Positions 9,954-19,181 of a DNA stretch of 64,000 nucleotides are shown piece by piece. The position numbers and the translations under genes are program-made. The notes under the pieces are model-generated. The model saw nothing but the letters and a program-made list of their open reading frames with translations, had not been told where the DNA came from and did not search any database. This DNA is from Spirochaetales bacterium. Lineage in GTDB: Bacteria; Spirochaetota; Spirochaetia; SZUA-6; RPPD01. The stretch lies in the NCBI GenBank assembly GCA_016929065.1, contig JAFGJO010000055.1:401-64400 (forward strand), in the 5' to 3' direction. Positions within the stretch are counted from its first letter, which is position 1. Each line of letters opens with the position of its first letter.

Positions 9954-10982
9954 TTAAAAGCGTAATACAAAGGCCATGGTAAAAAGATCGATCGATATGG
10001 ATTGTGTTTTTCCGGTATCGGGTGATTCCGGATGAAACGCAAAGAGCAGCCGGCCGATGGTAAAGTCCATGGCCATGAAATTCTCAAAATACAGGATCGC
10101 ATGCAGATTGAAACCGGTTCTGAAAAAGATTGTTACGCCGGATGCAGAGGCAAACGAACCCGGATCAGAGATGTATGCAGGTGCAAAGCCTGTCCAGATA
10201 TCCATGGCTGCGATAATCCGGTTCCCGGCACGTATGGACAGGGGGATGATAATGATTTCATCAGACGGCGAAAAAATACGTTCCCAATAGCCGGATCCCG
10301 TATCCCCGACTGTCCGCGCATACCCGATGCCGGAGCATAAGAAACTGTTATAATGCCAAAACAGAATTGTCTCAAGGGTAAATGACGACAACTGGGCCGC
10401 GCCATCGGGAGCCAGCAGCAGGCGGCCGCCGGCACCGGCAGAAATGGTAAAGATTTTTTTGTTCATCTCTCGGGTGAATTTCAGGTCAAGAAGTGTATTC
10501 TCGCCGATCAGCACCGCAATTTCTGCATCCTCCATAATATCCTGCGGTAATGCGGGAAGATTTGCAGAAAGTTCATTTATCATCGGCCGGAATTCCGAGG
10601 ACGGGATCAGGGATTCAGCGAGTAAAAGGGAATAGCGATGTCTGTTTTTAATGTCATGGAAAACCAGGTAATATTGTGATTTTATTTTGGTAACAAGTAC
10701 TGTTGAGTGGCAGTATTTTTTATAGGCGAGTTCAGAGAAAAAACCGATTTCCGGTTTTTCAAGGTTGTAAGCTGCCTGGGAATACATGAGTACAATATTT
10801 TTTCTGGAGGCAAGCTCCCGGGTAATTGCATAGGATAGTTCCTTGAGTTTGGCAAGTTCCGGTGTGTTTTCGCCTGTGTGAACAATAAAAAGCATCTGTT
10901 CCCGGAATGTGTCTGTATTATTCGATTGAGAGAAAAGAGCGGCGGATGCAAGCAAAAAGTAGATTAAAAAATATTTTATCAT
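9954..10982 (-). CDS. Hypothetical secreted protein
   Basis: Signal peptide LLASAALFSQS. Start/stop abuts the upstream gene (10982/10984). Confidence 0.55.
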   Translation of the reverse strand: MIKYFLIYFLLASAALFSQSNNTDTFREQMLFIVHTGENTPELAKLKELSYAITRELASRKNIVLMYSQAAYNLEKPEIGFFSELAYKKYCHSTVLVTKIKSQYYLVFHDIKNRHRYSLLLAESLIPSSEFRPMINELSANLPALPQDIMEDAEIAVLIGENTLLDLKFTREMNKKIFTISAGAGGRLLLAPDGAAQLSSFTLETILFWHYNSFLCSGIGYARTVGDTGSGYWERIFSPSDEIIIIPLSIRAGNRIIAAMDIWTGFAPAYISDPGSFASASGVTIFFRTGFNLHAILYFENFMAMDFTIGRLLFAFHPESPDTGKTQSISIDLFTMAFVLRF

Positions 10983-10983
10983 G

Positions 10984-12108
10984 CTATAAAACCAATCCGA
11001 AATACATGGAATATGATCCGATTACTGTATAAATGACAGTATTGGAACTGCTGAAACCGGCAAAAAGTGTTGAATTGAATCCGTAGAATTTAAAACGAAA
11101 ATCAATGAAAAAAGCTGAAGTGAAATAATGGGCAAAACCGAATTGCAGGGGAACCGAGACCGAATAATTGATATCACCGGTTCCTGAATATCCCGAATAT
11201 GAATTGTAATCGATAATAACCGCTATGCCGGTATCAATGTGAAATGATGTCCGGTAGGGAAAGTGAAGGCCGATAAGTGCTTCTAATGTCATTTCGGCAA
11301 GCGGATGGTCTGGTTCAAATATATTGAACGGTAAATACGTTGCGCCGATCCTGAAATGTGCTATCTGGTTGAAAATATATGTATATTCCATATTAATTGC
11401 CGGTGCAGCAGATACTGAATCCTGTAATGAATAAATCGTCCGGCCGAACTCAAGTCCCGTGCCAGGAGAGAATGCGATCTCATGATGGGGAACAAATACC
11501 GCTCTTGCGAACCTGTCTTCTTTCAGAAAATGTTCCTTCAGCTCTTTATCCTCGAGCGATTCATAGACCTGTTCGTGCGGCAGCTGTCTGGGCTTTTCAT
11601 TGACGGTTTTGACAATATCATCAGCCATGCGCTGGATATCCTGTAACAGATTGCCGGTGATTGGCAGAATTTCTATGAAGGCATTTTTTATCTGTGATGA
11701 CAAAATATCATAGACAAGAATATTGATATGAAGATCAGAGTCGTTTACAAAATATTCTCCAAATATGCAGGCTTCGGCCTTGTTTTCTGATTCAAGTTTC
11801 GCCATCAGGCGTTCAAACTGAAGTCCATTGATATATACAGCGGTATCTGCTTTGTCCGGAAAAACCGGCTCGATAGAATCAGCCAGGGAGAGATTGGAGC
11901 GCAGTTTGTCGTAAATAAAATCAGAGAGGCGGGAATATTCTTCGTTGCTCACCGTCTGGCGGATGGGAAGCAGTGCGACAGTTTTTTTTCCTGGATATGT
12001 CTGCTGGGCGAAGAGCGGCAGATTGAGGAAAAAGAACAATAAAACTCCGGCCAGGATTACTTTTATCATAATACAGAGTACTATACATAAAATCAGTAAC
12101 CGTCGCAA
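10984..12108 (-). CDS. Hypothetical membrane-anchored or secreted protein (true start possibly 12069)
   Basis: Hydrophobic N-terminus ...LPLFAQQ. Operonic with 9954-10982. Confidence 0.55.
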   Translation of the reverse strand: MRRLLILCIVLCIMIKVILAGVLLFFFLNLPLFAQQTYPGKKTVALLPIRQTVSNEEYSRLSDFIYDKLRSNLSLADSIEPVFPDKADTAVYINGLQFERLMAKLESENKAEACIFGEYFVNDSDLHINILVYDILSSQIKNAFIEILPITGNLLQDIQRMADDIVKTVNEKPRQLPHEQVYESLEDKELKEHFLKEDRFARAVFVPHHEIAFSPGTGLEFGRTIYSLQDSVSAAPAINMEYTYIFNQIAHFRIGATYLPFNIFEPDHPLAEMTLEALIGLHFPYRTSFHIDTGIAVIIDYNSYSGYSGTGDINYSVSVPLQFGFAHYFTSAFFIDFRFKFYGFNSTLFAGFSSSNTVIYTVIGSYSMYFGLVL

Positions 12109-12329
12109 TGTCCGGTGTGCGGATTTATCATTTTCATTTGTTTCATGATAATCATCCGCGACTTGTGATGTTGCATTTTAATGTGAATCTGTATAATGAT
12201 GGAGGAAACAATCACAAGGAAACAAGGCAGGAAATTTGCAGGGTGCTGACAAACTGGTTGTCTGTCAATACCCTGTTAGATAAAGAAAGACAGCCTTGCC
12301 CGGTTGAAAGACGGAGGATGATTTATAAC

Positions 12330-12785
12330 ATGAGAAAAATGGTTTTGTATGTTATCGCAGTTGTTGTTACAGGGGCACTGTTGTCTGGTTGCCCCGCTGG
12401 ATCGAACCGGGTAACCAGCCGGGAATTCAAGACATCCGTCGAACGAGTCCATGCATTGAAAAAGTATTATCATCCAAAAACCGGGATTATAGATACAGAG
12501 TTCGACATTTTTGATGTGAACATGAATGCAGAGCGAAGCATCCCGGGGGCCAGCTCAAGAGATTTTAAATTGATCCTTTATGTTGCGCCCGGGGACATTG
12601 ACGCCTGGATCGATACCACGGAAATTACCTCGTTTCCGGTTGATTACAATTGGGTATTTGATGTTTCCTCCCGGCTTACGCTGCAGGATCTGCAAGGAGC
12701 GGTCTTGACAATGAAAAGTGAATTTCGAAGTATATTGGTTCTTGCGGAAAAAGGCATTGTCATTATCAGAATTCAGGAGTTTTGA
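12330..12785 (+). CDS. Hypothetical lipoprotein
   Basis: Internal ATG with the lipoprotein signal MRKMVLYVIAVVVTGALLSGC. The upstream part of the listed ORF lacks protein-like features. Confidence 0.5.
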   Translation: MRKMVLYVIAVVVTGALLSGCPAGSNRVTSREFKTSVERVHALKKYYHPKTGIIDTEFDIFDVNMNAERSIPGASSRDFKLILYVAPGDIDAWIDTTEITSFPVDYNWVFDVSSRLTLQDLQGAVLTMKSEFRSILVLAEKGIVIIRIQEF

Positions 12786-12795
12786 GGGAAAGACA

Positions 12796-13281
12796 TTGGA
12801 TATTTGTATAAAGTCAGCGTGTGCACAAGATGCCCCCCGCCTTACCGAGATCGCATTTGCGGCGAAACGCCACTGGCTGTATCCCGAAGAATGGATGGAT
12901 GTCTGGAAAGACGAACTTACCATAACACCTGAATATATCAACCGGCACATGGTTTTTACTGCATCATATAATGACCGGATTGTCGGGTTTTATTCGGTTG
13001 TAAAAAATACAGAAAGACACCATATCGGGTTGATTCTGATCGATAAGGGGTATTGGCTGGAGCATATTTTTATCGACCCTGCGTTTATCGGCAGGGGGAT
13101 CGGTACCCGCCTGATTGGGCATTTACGGACAGAGTGCCGATTCCGCAATATCGACAAAGTCCTCGCGTTCGTTGATCCGAATGCTGAGGGATTTTATAAA
13201 AAAATCGGGGCACGATTCAAACGCATGTCCATGTCCAGTATTCCGGGCAGGAATGTTCCGGTGTATGTACTCGAACTGTAG
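12796..13281 (+). CDS. GNAT-family N-acetyltransferase (probable TTG start)
   Basis: Acetyl-CoA-binding motif IDPAFIGRGIGTRLI. RBS gagggaaag 5 nt before the TTG. Confidence 0.6.
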   Translation: MDICIKSACAQDAPRLTEIAFAAKRHWLYPEEWMDVWKDELTITPEYINRHMVFTASYNDRIVGFYSVVKNTERHHIGLILIDKGYWLEHIFIDPAFIGRGIGTRLIGHLRTECRFRNIDKVLAFVDPNAEGFYKKIGARFKRMSMSSIPGRNVPVYVLEL

Positions 13282-13313
13282 ACTGAAATCCGGGAATGTG
13301 ATATCGTTTTTAC

Positions 13314-14468
13314 ATGCGTATATACACCATTATCATCACGATTTTAATTCTCCTGCTCTGTGGCTGTGAAACAGTCAGTATCTATGATGCAGGCCCTTTG
13401 GCAAAGGAATACAGGGCGATTCCGATGTCGGTTTTTCAGGATTCCATCCTGCATGCCCGGTATGAGTTCAAGGATTATCAGCCGCCATATCCGGTGTATA
13501 CCGCCAAACAGATTGCAGGCGTTGCAGAAAACATGCTGCTTTTGCAGCGTGAGGACGGTGGATGGCCGAAAAACGTGGACTGGATGCAGATCCTCGATGA
13601 GAAATCACTGGTATCGGTCCGCAGCGCCGCAAGCGGGGAGAAAAGCACTCTGGATAACCGGTCAACATACAGCCACATCGATTATCTGGCCCAGGTGTAT
13701 GCCCAGATACCAAATGAGAATTACAAAAAATCCATTGAGAAAGGCATTGCCTGGATGTTATCTGTTCAAAACAGGGATTCCGGGGGATTTTCCGGCGCAG
13801 ATGTCGATGCAGTTACCTATAACGATGATGTCATGACCGGGGTACTGACAACACTGCGGGGGATCGGCAGAAATGACAAGCTGTACGGTTTTCTGGATCA
13901 GGAGATTCGCCAAAAAGCAATGGATTCCTATTTTCGGGGACTCAAATGCGTTCTTGACACACAGATCAAAATAAAGGGAAAGCTCACAGCCTGGTGTCAG
14001 CAGCATGATCACAAGACCCTTCAGCCTATCTGGGCAAGAAATTACGAGCCGCCTTCCATTACCGCTTCCGAAAGTGTCGGTATTCTGATCATGCTCATGG
14101 AAATCGATGATCCGTCCGAATCGGTAAAAAAGGCCATCATCGCGGGCTGTGAATGGCTGGAATCGGCAACAATATTCGGCAAAAAACTGGTACGTATCCC
14201 CGCCCCGCCTGCAACATTAAATGGAAGATATTCAGACTACGAACGGGTGATGGAGGATGACGCTTCGGCCACGCCGATCTGGTGCCGGTTTTATGATCTT
14301 GAAACCCAAAAGCCGCTGTTGTATGACCGGAATTTCAAAAAGGTCAATCATTATAATGAAATCAGCCGCGAGCGGCGTGTCGGGTACAGTTATTTCGGTA
14401 CCTGGCCGGAACCCTTGCTGAACAGTGTATATCCGGCCTGGCGGAAAAAAATGGGACTGGATAAATAA
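13314..14468 (+). CDS. Lipoprotein with QW-like (Q..DGGW) alpha/alpha-toroid repeats; possible PL10-type pectate lyase
   Basis: Lipobox LLLCGC. Motifs QREDGGWPKN and QNRDSGGFSG. Family assignment is from memory of PL10 and toroid folds and is not verified. Confidence 0.5.
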   Translation: MRIYTIIITILILLLCGCETVSIYDAGPLAKEYRAIPMSVFQDSILHARYEFKDYQPPYPVYTAKQIAGVAENMLLLQREDGGWPKNVDWMQILDEKSLVSVRSAASGEKSTLDNRSTYSHIDYLAQVYAQIPNENYKKSIEKGIAWMLSVQNRDSGGFSGADVDAVTYNDDVMTGVLTTLRGIGRNDKLYGFLDQEIRQKAMDSYFRGLKCVLDTQIKIKGKLTAWCQQHDHKTLQPIWARNYEPPSITASESVGILIMLMEIDDPSESVKKAIIAGCEWLESATIFGKKLVRIPAPPATLNGRYSDYERVMEDDASATPIWCRFYDLETQKPLLYDRNFKKVNHYNEISRERRVGYSYFGTWPEPLLNSVYPAWRKKMGLDK

Positions 14469-14474
14469 TTAAAT

Positions 14475-15038
14475 CTATTCTCTGATTTCCAGCGTTTTGA
14501 TTATATTACCGGTATCCTCTTTTTCTTCACCGATAATAAAAAGGCCGATCAAAAGCACTTCCTGCGAGGCGTCAATATTTTCTACGTAATTATATATGCG
14601 CATCATTATGTCTTCATTATTCTGATTTTCATTTTTATAAAGGTTGTACTTGATGCATATACCTTTTCTTCCCCACATTTCACCATCCTGGCCTGAGCCA
14701 TTGACTATGCAATTTTCAAAGCCTGGGAACGAAAGCGCTTTTTGTACCATTATGCGTCCGCCCATTGTAAGGGCATCTGAGAGGCTTATGTCACTGCGGG
14801 CTTTTGTCAGTGTTATTTGAATTGTACGCAAATTGTCATCGCTAAACAGCTGTAATTGATCTGTTCCAGTACGGGCTCGCGGATTGACCGAATAATTCCA
14901 TCCAACCGGAATGACAATTGAAATACGATTAAAATTAATTCTTTCCCCGGTTCCCTTTTTAATGTCACCCAGTTCTTGTGAAAATATGGAAGCACAAATA
15001 CCATTGAGAAACAAGAATAAAAGAACGTATCTTTTCAT
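14475..15038 (-). CDS. Hypothetical secreted protein
   Basis: Signal peptide MKRYVLLFLFLNGICASIFSQE from an internal ATG. Confidence 0.5.
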   Translation of the reverse strand: MKRYVLLFLFLNGICASIFSQELGDIKKGTGERINFNRISIVIPVGWNYSVNPRARTGTDQLQLFSDDNLRTIQITLTKARSDISLSDALTMGGRIMVQKALSFPGFENCIVNGSGQDGEMWGRKGICIKYNLYKNENQNNEDIMMRIYNYVENIDASQEVLLIGLFIIGEEKEDTGNIIKTLEIRE

Positions 15039-15059
15039 ATAATACTCCAATTCCATAAA

Positions 15060-15313
15060 ATTGATTAACTATAGCATATTTCGATGAGATGTCCATATAT
15101 GACATTCAAGATTTTAGCCTGAGCTGGGGATGCCGAGCTACTGCCGTCCGGGGTGACCATCATGGCAATCTCGACACACTGGGTGCCGAGTCCGGTGATG
15201 CGCCCGGACCATTCTCCTTCGACCATGGCACGTCCTTCAAGCTTCAGACCCAGTTCGGTGAAAAAAAGAAGGCTGTATCAAGAGATTCTACCACGATGCC
15301 AATGTGGTCCATT
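15060..15313 (-). pseudogene. Frameshifted and truncated VOC/glyoxalase gene remnant
   Basis: MDHIGIVVESLD start is in frame with the upstream SRPBCC ORF. After an A7/T7 homopolymer (15263-15269) the -1 frame reads FTELGLKLEGRAMVEGEWSGRITGLGTQCVEIAMMVTPDG, typical of glyoxalase-family proteins. It then ends early. Confidence 0.45.
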
Positions 15314-15753
15314 CGCAGCAATTTACTTTTTGTCAAAGTTTTTACACGTTCCAAAGCCTTGGGAACTATGCCCTGAAAGGTTTCTGTTTGTCCGGGGGGG
15401 ACATCGATAGCGATAGTCAGAACAGTGACATCATCCTTTTCCGCCAGCGAATAACTCTCGGCTCCTCCAGCCCATTCTTTTTCCCGTTCCTGCGTTCCGC
15501 TCTCCTGTGTATCAGCCATATGCCTGAACAATACGAACTCGTTTGGAACAAGTTTTTCCACCAGGCTTGTCACGCCATAGCCATTAACCGATGAAATCCA
15601 CTGGACTTCGTTTCCTTCCCGTATTTCTCCAGCCAGATAGAGTCCCTCGTCAATATTTTTTGCCCAGTCACGAAACGTAGTATCATCCCAAAGCGTATGC
15701 CAGACTTTATCTTTTTGGGCTCTTATTTTGATTGTAAATTGCATTTTTACCAT
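15244..15753 (-). CDS. SRPBCC (AHSA1/polyketide-cyclase-like) family protein running into the VOC remnant without a stop
   Basis: About 145-aa SRPBCC-like body. The last about 22 codons are the VOC N-terminus. Confidence 0.6.
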   Translation of the reverse strand: MVKMQFTIKIRAQKDKVWHTLWDDTTFRDWAKNIDEGLYLAGEIREGNEVQWISSVNGYGVTSLVEKLVPNEFVLFRHMADTQESGTQEREKEWAGGAESYSLAEKDDVTVLTIAIDVPPGQTETFQGIVPKALERVKTLTKSKLLRMDHIGIVVESLDTAFFFSPNWV

Positions 15754-16130
15754 ATTTTTATCTTTGTTTATAAATTAATATGAAATCATTATCGTTGACA
15801 ACTTTTAACGGGAAAAACAGGATTTAATTTCCTGACCGTGGCTGCGTTTTTTCACAAATATACTGTGTCACACTGAGGTATTCGTCCCTCGACCAGCACG
15901 AAACAGTATGCCGGTATTTTAATAAAAGGGGGAAAATATGAAAAAGGCGCCTATTTTTATTTCCTGCTCCTTATGTTCAGTTTGATGCAGCAAACTGGAG
16001 TTCTTTTTTGATACGGTGACGGATGGCCTCAGGCTCGCTGCCAGTCGAAAATCATTGACACACCGTGGCGGAGTGACTCCCTTGTAGGGTCGCGGAGAGA
16101 AAAAGGCTGTTGGGTGCAGTAGTGCTCCTC

Positions 16131-16159
16131 TTGACATATCACTAAATTATCATTATTTT
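16131..16159 (+). promoter_or_regulatory. Putative sigma70 promoter of the phd-relE module
   Basis: TTGACA, 17 nt, TATTTT. RBS gagagg follows. Confidence 0.3.
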
Positions 16160-16181
16160 GATATTGAATGAGAGGTTGTTA

Positions 16182-16448
16182 ATGCCCAAAATAAGGCCGA
16201 TTTCAGATTTACGGAACAATTTTACACAGTTATCAAAAAGTCTCCACGAAGAGAATGAGCCGATTTTCCTCACAAGAAATGGTGTCGGTGACATAGTTGT
16301 TATGAGTATTTCATACTATGAGAAATTATTAGCCAAATACGAGGTTTATCAAAAATTAGATGCTGCAGAAACTGAAATTAAAGATGGGGCACTTGGAAAA
16401 GATTATAAAAGCGTAATTAGAAAAGCCAAAGCAAAAATTAATGCCTAA
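16182..16448 (+). CDS. Phd/YefM-family antitoxin
   Basis: MPKIRPISDLRNNFTQL... resembles YefM. Overlaps the downstream toxin by 8 nt. Confidence 0.8.
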   Translation: MPKIRPISDLRNNFTQLSKSLHEENEPIFLTRNGVGDIVVMSISYYEKLLAKYEVYQKLDAAETEIKDGALGKDYKSVIRKAKAKINA

Positions 16449-16749
16449 GAAAAAATATTCAGTTTTGATTTATCCACTTGCAGAGCAAGATATGGATGAG
16501 ATCATATTGTTTCTAAAAGAACTTTCATTGAAAGGGGCCAATGCTTTTTTAGATAAACTATCATCAAAACTGAACAAGCTTGAAGAATATCCAGAAATGT
16601 TTCCCCTCGTTAAGGATGAAAGACTTTCTGAAAAAGGATATAGAATAATTCCAGTTGATAATTACATCGTGTTCTACGTAGTAATGAAAAAAAATGTACA
16701 AGTCAGAAGGATGATTTATGGAAAAAGAAATTATTTCGATTTCCTGTAA
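16441..16749 (+). CDS. RelE/ParE-family toxin
   Basis: About 100 aa with a typical ParE/RelE C-terminal pattern. Coupled to the Phd gene. Confidence 0.8.
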   Translation: MPKKKYSVLIYPLAEQDMDEIILFLKELSLKGANAFLDKLSSKLNKLEEYPEMFPLVKDERLSEKGYRIIPVDNYIVFYVVMKKNVQVRRMIYGKRNYFDFL

Positions 16750-16830
16750 ATCTGCTGAGCACTATTGCGCCAAACGGGAAGCGCCAGGCTCTCGAAGCAT
16801 AACGCTGCTTGATGTTTAATAACCAATAAA

Positions 16831-16873
16831 AAAAACCGTCTGTGTACTTGAAAGCACAGGCGGCTTTTTATTG
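16831..16873. terminator. Bidirectional terminator between convergent toxin-antitoxin modules
   Basis: aaaaaaaaccgtctgtg-tacttgaaag-cacaggcggcttttt. Confidence 0.55.
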
Positions 16874-16919
16874 TCAGCGCAGCGTCAAGGCTTCTATTCG
16901 TTGGGTGAAGTGCGCTGAT

Positions 16920-17312
16920 TCAAAGGAATTTCAATCCATGCTTTTTGTAAAGGTCCAAATTTTCATCCAGACTGAGTAATGTGAAATCATTTTGAATTGC
17001 TTGCCAAATAATTGCCCTATCAAATGGATCTTTGTGTTCTATGGGAAGCTTGTAAAATGAAATAAGCTCTTGATTCTCATTTTTTTTGCAAACAAAAAAA
17101 CTATTTTCAACTTCATTGAAAAGTTGTTCTGGATTGATACCTTTAATATGAAGTTTCCCTATGCCGTATTTTATTGATATTTCCCATAAGCTAAATTGAC
17201 TATAATAAATTGTATGATCATTGTTTAAGAGAATCTTTTGGAATTTAGGTTTCAGCTTCTCAGGATTGGTAAAGGACCAAATCAAAATATGAGTATCGAC
17301 AATAAAATTCAT
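16920..17312 (-). CDS. vapC: PIN-domain VapC toxin
   Basis: N-terminal FIVDTHILIW PIN motif. About 130 aa. 4-nt overlap with the upstream antitoxin. Confidence 0.8.
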   Translation of the reverse strand: MNFIVDTHILIWSFTNPEKLKPKFQKILLNNDHTIYYSQFSLWEISIKYGIGKLHIKGINPEQLFNEVENSFFVCKKNENQELISFYKLPIEHKDPFDRAIIWQAIQNDFTLLSLDENLDLYKKHGLKFL

Positions 17313-17548
17313 GAAGTCAATAACTCGTCATCGGTAATAATGAAATCTTTGGAAAAGCTTACTTTTACCTTTCCCTTGAGGGATCCAAGTTTCCTGTTCT
17401 GGTTTTTCTTATATTCACTATAAGGAATAATGACGGCTATTGTTTCTTTTTTACGACCGAATGAAATAGCGATTTTATGTCCAGATTCAACTTCTTTTAA
17501 AAGAGAAGAAAGATGAGATTTTACTTCAGCAACCGGAATAGTTTTCAT
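17309..17548 (-). CDS. Phd/YefM-type antitoxin partner of VapC
   Basis: 79 aa. MKTIPVAEVKSHLSSLLKEV... Operonic. Confidence 0.75.
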   Translation of the reverse strand: MKTIPVAEVKSHLSSLLKEVESGHKIAISFGRKKETIAVIIPYSEYKKNQNRKLGSLKGKVKVSFSKDFIITDDELLTS

Positions 17549-17688
17549 ATGATAAAGTTAGCATAAGTGACCAACATAGTCAAGTATTATTTTCGGCCCC
17601 AGGAATTGCATACAACGTTCAGTGTTGGCGCCCGATCAGGGCGTGGAGGTTTACACAGTATTGAAGCTGCGGCGGGTAATAATAACGT

Positions 17689-17722
17689 TTGACAATACTA
17701 ACGTTAAGCAGTATTATACATT
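17689..17722 (+). promoter_or_regulatory. Promoter with overlapping palindromic operator for higBA (probably leaderless)
   Basis: TTGACA (17689-94), 17 nt, TATTAT (17712-17). Inverted repeat aatact..agtatt around the palindrome aacgtt. ATG at 17723. Confidence 0.45.
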
Positions 17723-18025
17723 ATGCTACAGTCTTTTCAAGATAAAGAAACGGAAAAGGTATGGAATCAAGAATACTCAAAAAAGTTACCAAGGGATATT
17801 CAAAGGGTTGGGTTAAGAAAACTGTTTATGCTGAACAGGGCAATAGATTTGGATGATTTGAAAATACCACCATCAAATTGCCTGGAAAAGTTGAAAGGCA
17901 ACAGGAAGGGGCAATTTAGTATCAGAATTAACCAGCAATGGCGAATATGTTTTAATTGGAAGGACGGGGAAGCATACAAAGTTGAGATTGTAGACTATCA
18001 TCAGGAGGATTGTAATGAAAGATAA
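17723..18025 (+). CDS. higB: HigB toxin (RelE/ParE superfamily)
   Basis: KGNRKGQFSIRINQQWRICFNW motif. Confidence 0.8.
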   Translation: MLQSFQDKETEKVWNQEYSKKLPRDIQRVGLRKLFMLNRAIDLDDLKIPPSNCLEKLKGNRKGQFSIRINQQWRICFNWKDGEAYKVEIVDYHQEDCNER

Positions 18026-18314
18026 AATACCAAATATATATCCAGGAGAAATCCTCGAAGAAGAGTTTATAAAGCCGATGAATATATCAGCCTACAGGCT
18101 TGCTAAAGAAACACATTTACCCGCAACAAGAATATCAGAAATATTGCACAATAAGCGGAAGATTACAGCAGACACGGCTTTAAGATTTTCAAAATATTTT
18201 GGTAATAGTCCGGATTTCTGGCTAGGAATACAAATCGAGTATGATTTACGCGAAGAGATGGCAAAGAATAAAAAAGAAATTAATCAGATAAAGAAAATCG
18301 AAATAGCTGTTTAG
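18015..18314 (+). CDS. higA: HigA antitoxin (XRE helix-turn-helix)
   Basis: Overlaps higB by 11 nt. Helix-turn-helix. Confidence 0.85.
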   Translation: MKDKIPNIYPGEILEEEFIKPMNISAYRLAKETHLPATRISEILHNKRKITADTALRFSKYFGNSPDFWLGIQIEYDLREEMAKNKKEINQIKKIEIAV

Positions 18315-18382
18315 GAATTAATTCCGGCTATAATTTCAGATTACTCCTGGTATACCCACAACTCTTCAATTAAAAAACGAAT

Positions 18383-18622
18383 ATGGAGGTAAACTATGAG
18401 AAAAAACATTATGATTTTTCAAATGCAATAAAAAACCCTTATATAAATAAACTCAAGAAGCAAATATCTATTCGATTGGATAATGATATCTTGGAATATT
18501 TTAAAGAATTATCAGAGGAGATTGGTATCCCTTATCAAAAGTTAATAAACTTTTATCTTGCCGAATGTGCTAGTAAACGTATCAAACCAAAGCTTGTCTG
18601 GAATAATAATGCAAAGGCATGA
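18383..18622 (+). CDS. BrnA-like antitoxin, N-terminally short, with no BrnT partner
   Basis: KNPYINKLKKQISIRLDNDILEYFKELSEEIGIPYQKLINFYL matches the BrnA C-terminal region as I remember it. The GGAGG sits better for an 11-codon out-of-frame ATG at 18397. Confidence 0.55.
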   Translation: MEVNYEKKHYDFSNAIKNPYINKLKKQISIRLDNDILEYFKELSEEIGIPYQKLINFYLAECASKRIKPKLVWNNNAKA

Positions 18623-18639
18623 CATCTAACGGTTGAGAG

Positions 18640-18795
18640 TGAATCTAAAGCTACAGGATATCGATTCAAAAAACAAGACCATTACTGTCAGGCAGGGGAA
18701 AAGATATAAAGACAGGCAGATTGTTTTTTCCGATACGCTGTATGGTATTCTGAAAGAGTACTACCGTATAGCCTCATTGAATCGGCAAAATTAAA
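18640..18795 (+). pseudogene. Tyrosine-recombinase (XerC/D, integrase) C-terminal fragment
   Basis: Translates to ...ITVRQGKRYKDRQIVFSDTLYGILKEYYR, a degraded copy of the recombinase GKGxKxRxVPL motif. 51 codons with no start. Confidence 0.4.
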
Positions 18796-19181
18796 CAACT
18801 GAATCCGTTTGAATATTTATATTACATGTATTCGAAAATACCGTACGCCAAAACACAGGAAGATTTTATTTCATTGTTATCGTTCAATCTTGATCCTGAA
18901 AAGATCAAGGGAGGGTAAGATTTAGCGCTTACAAACCTTTGATCGCAGTGTCTTTTTGATACTGCTGGGTAATTGTTTGATGCATAACATCCTCCTTGAA
19001 TTTGTTTCAAGGAGAATTCCAATCGATTTTAAATTTATTCATAAAAATGTCGCAAGATAAGCCGCCGCCGGCAGGCGGTTTTGTTCAACGGCAAGCGCCA
19101 GGTTGGAGCCGAAGGCGGAACGCAGGACGCGCAGTTAGGCGATGTATTTGATTTTTAAAACACAATATTATTTAACACTAA

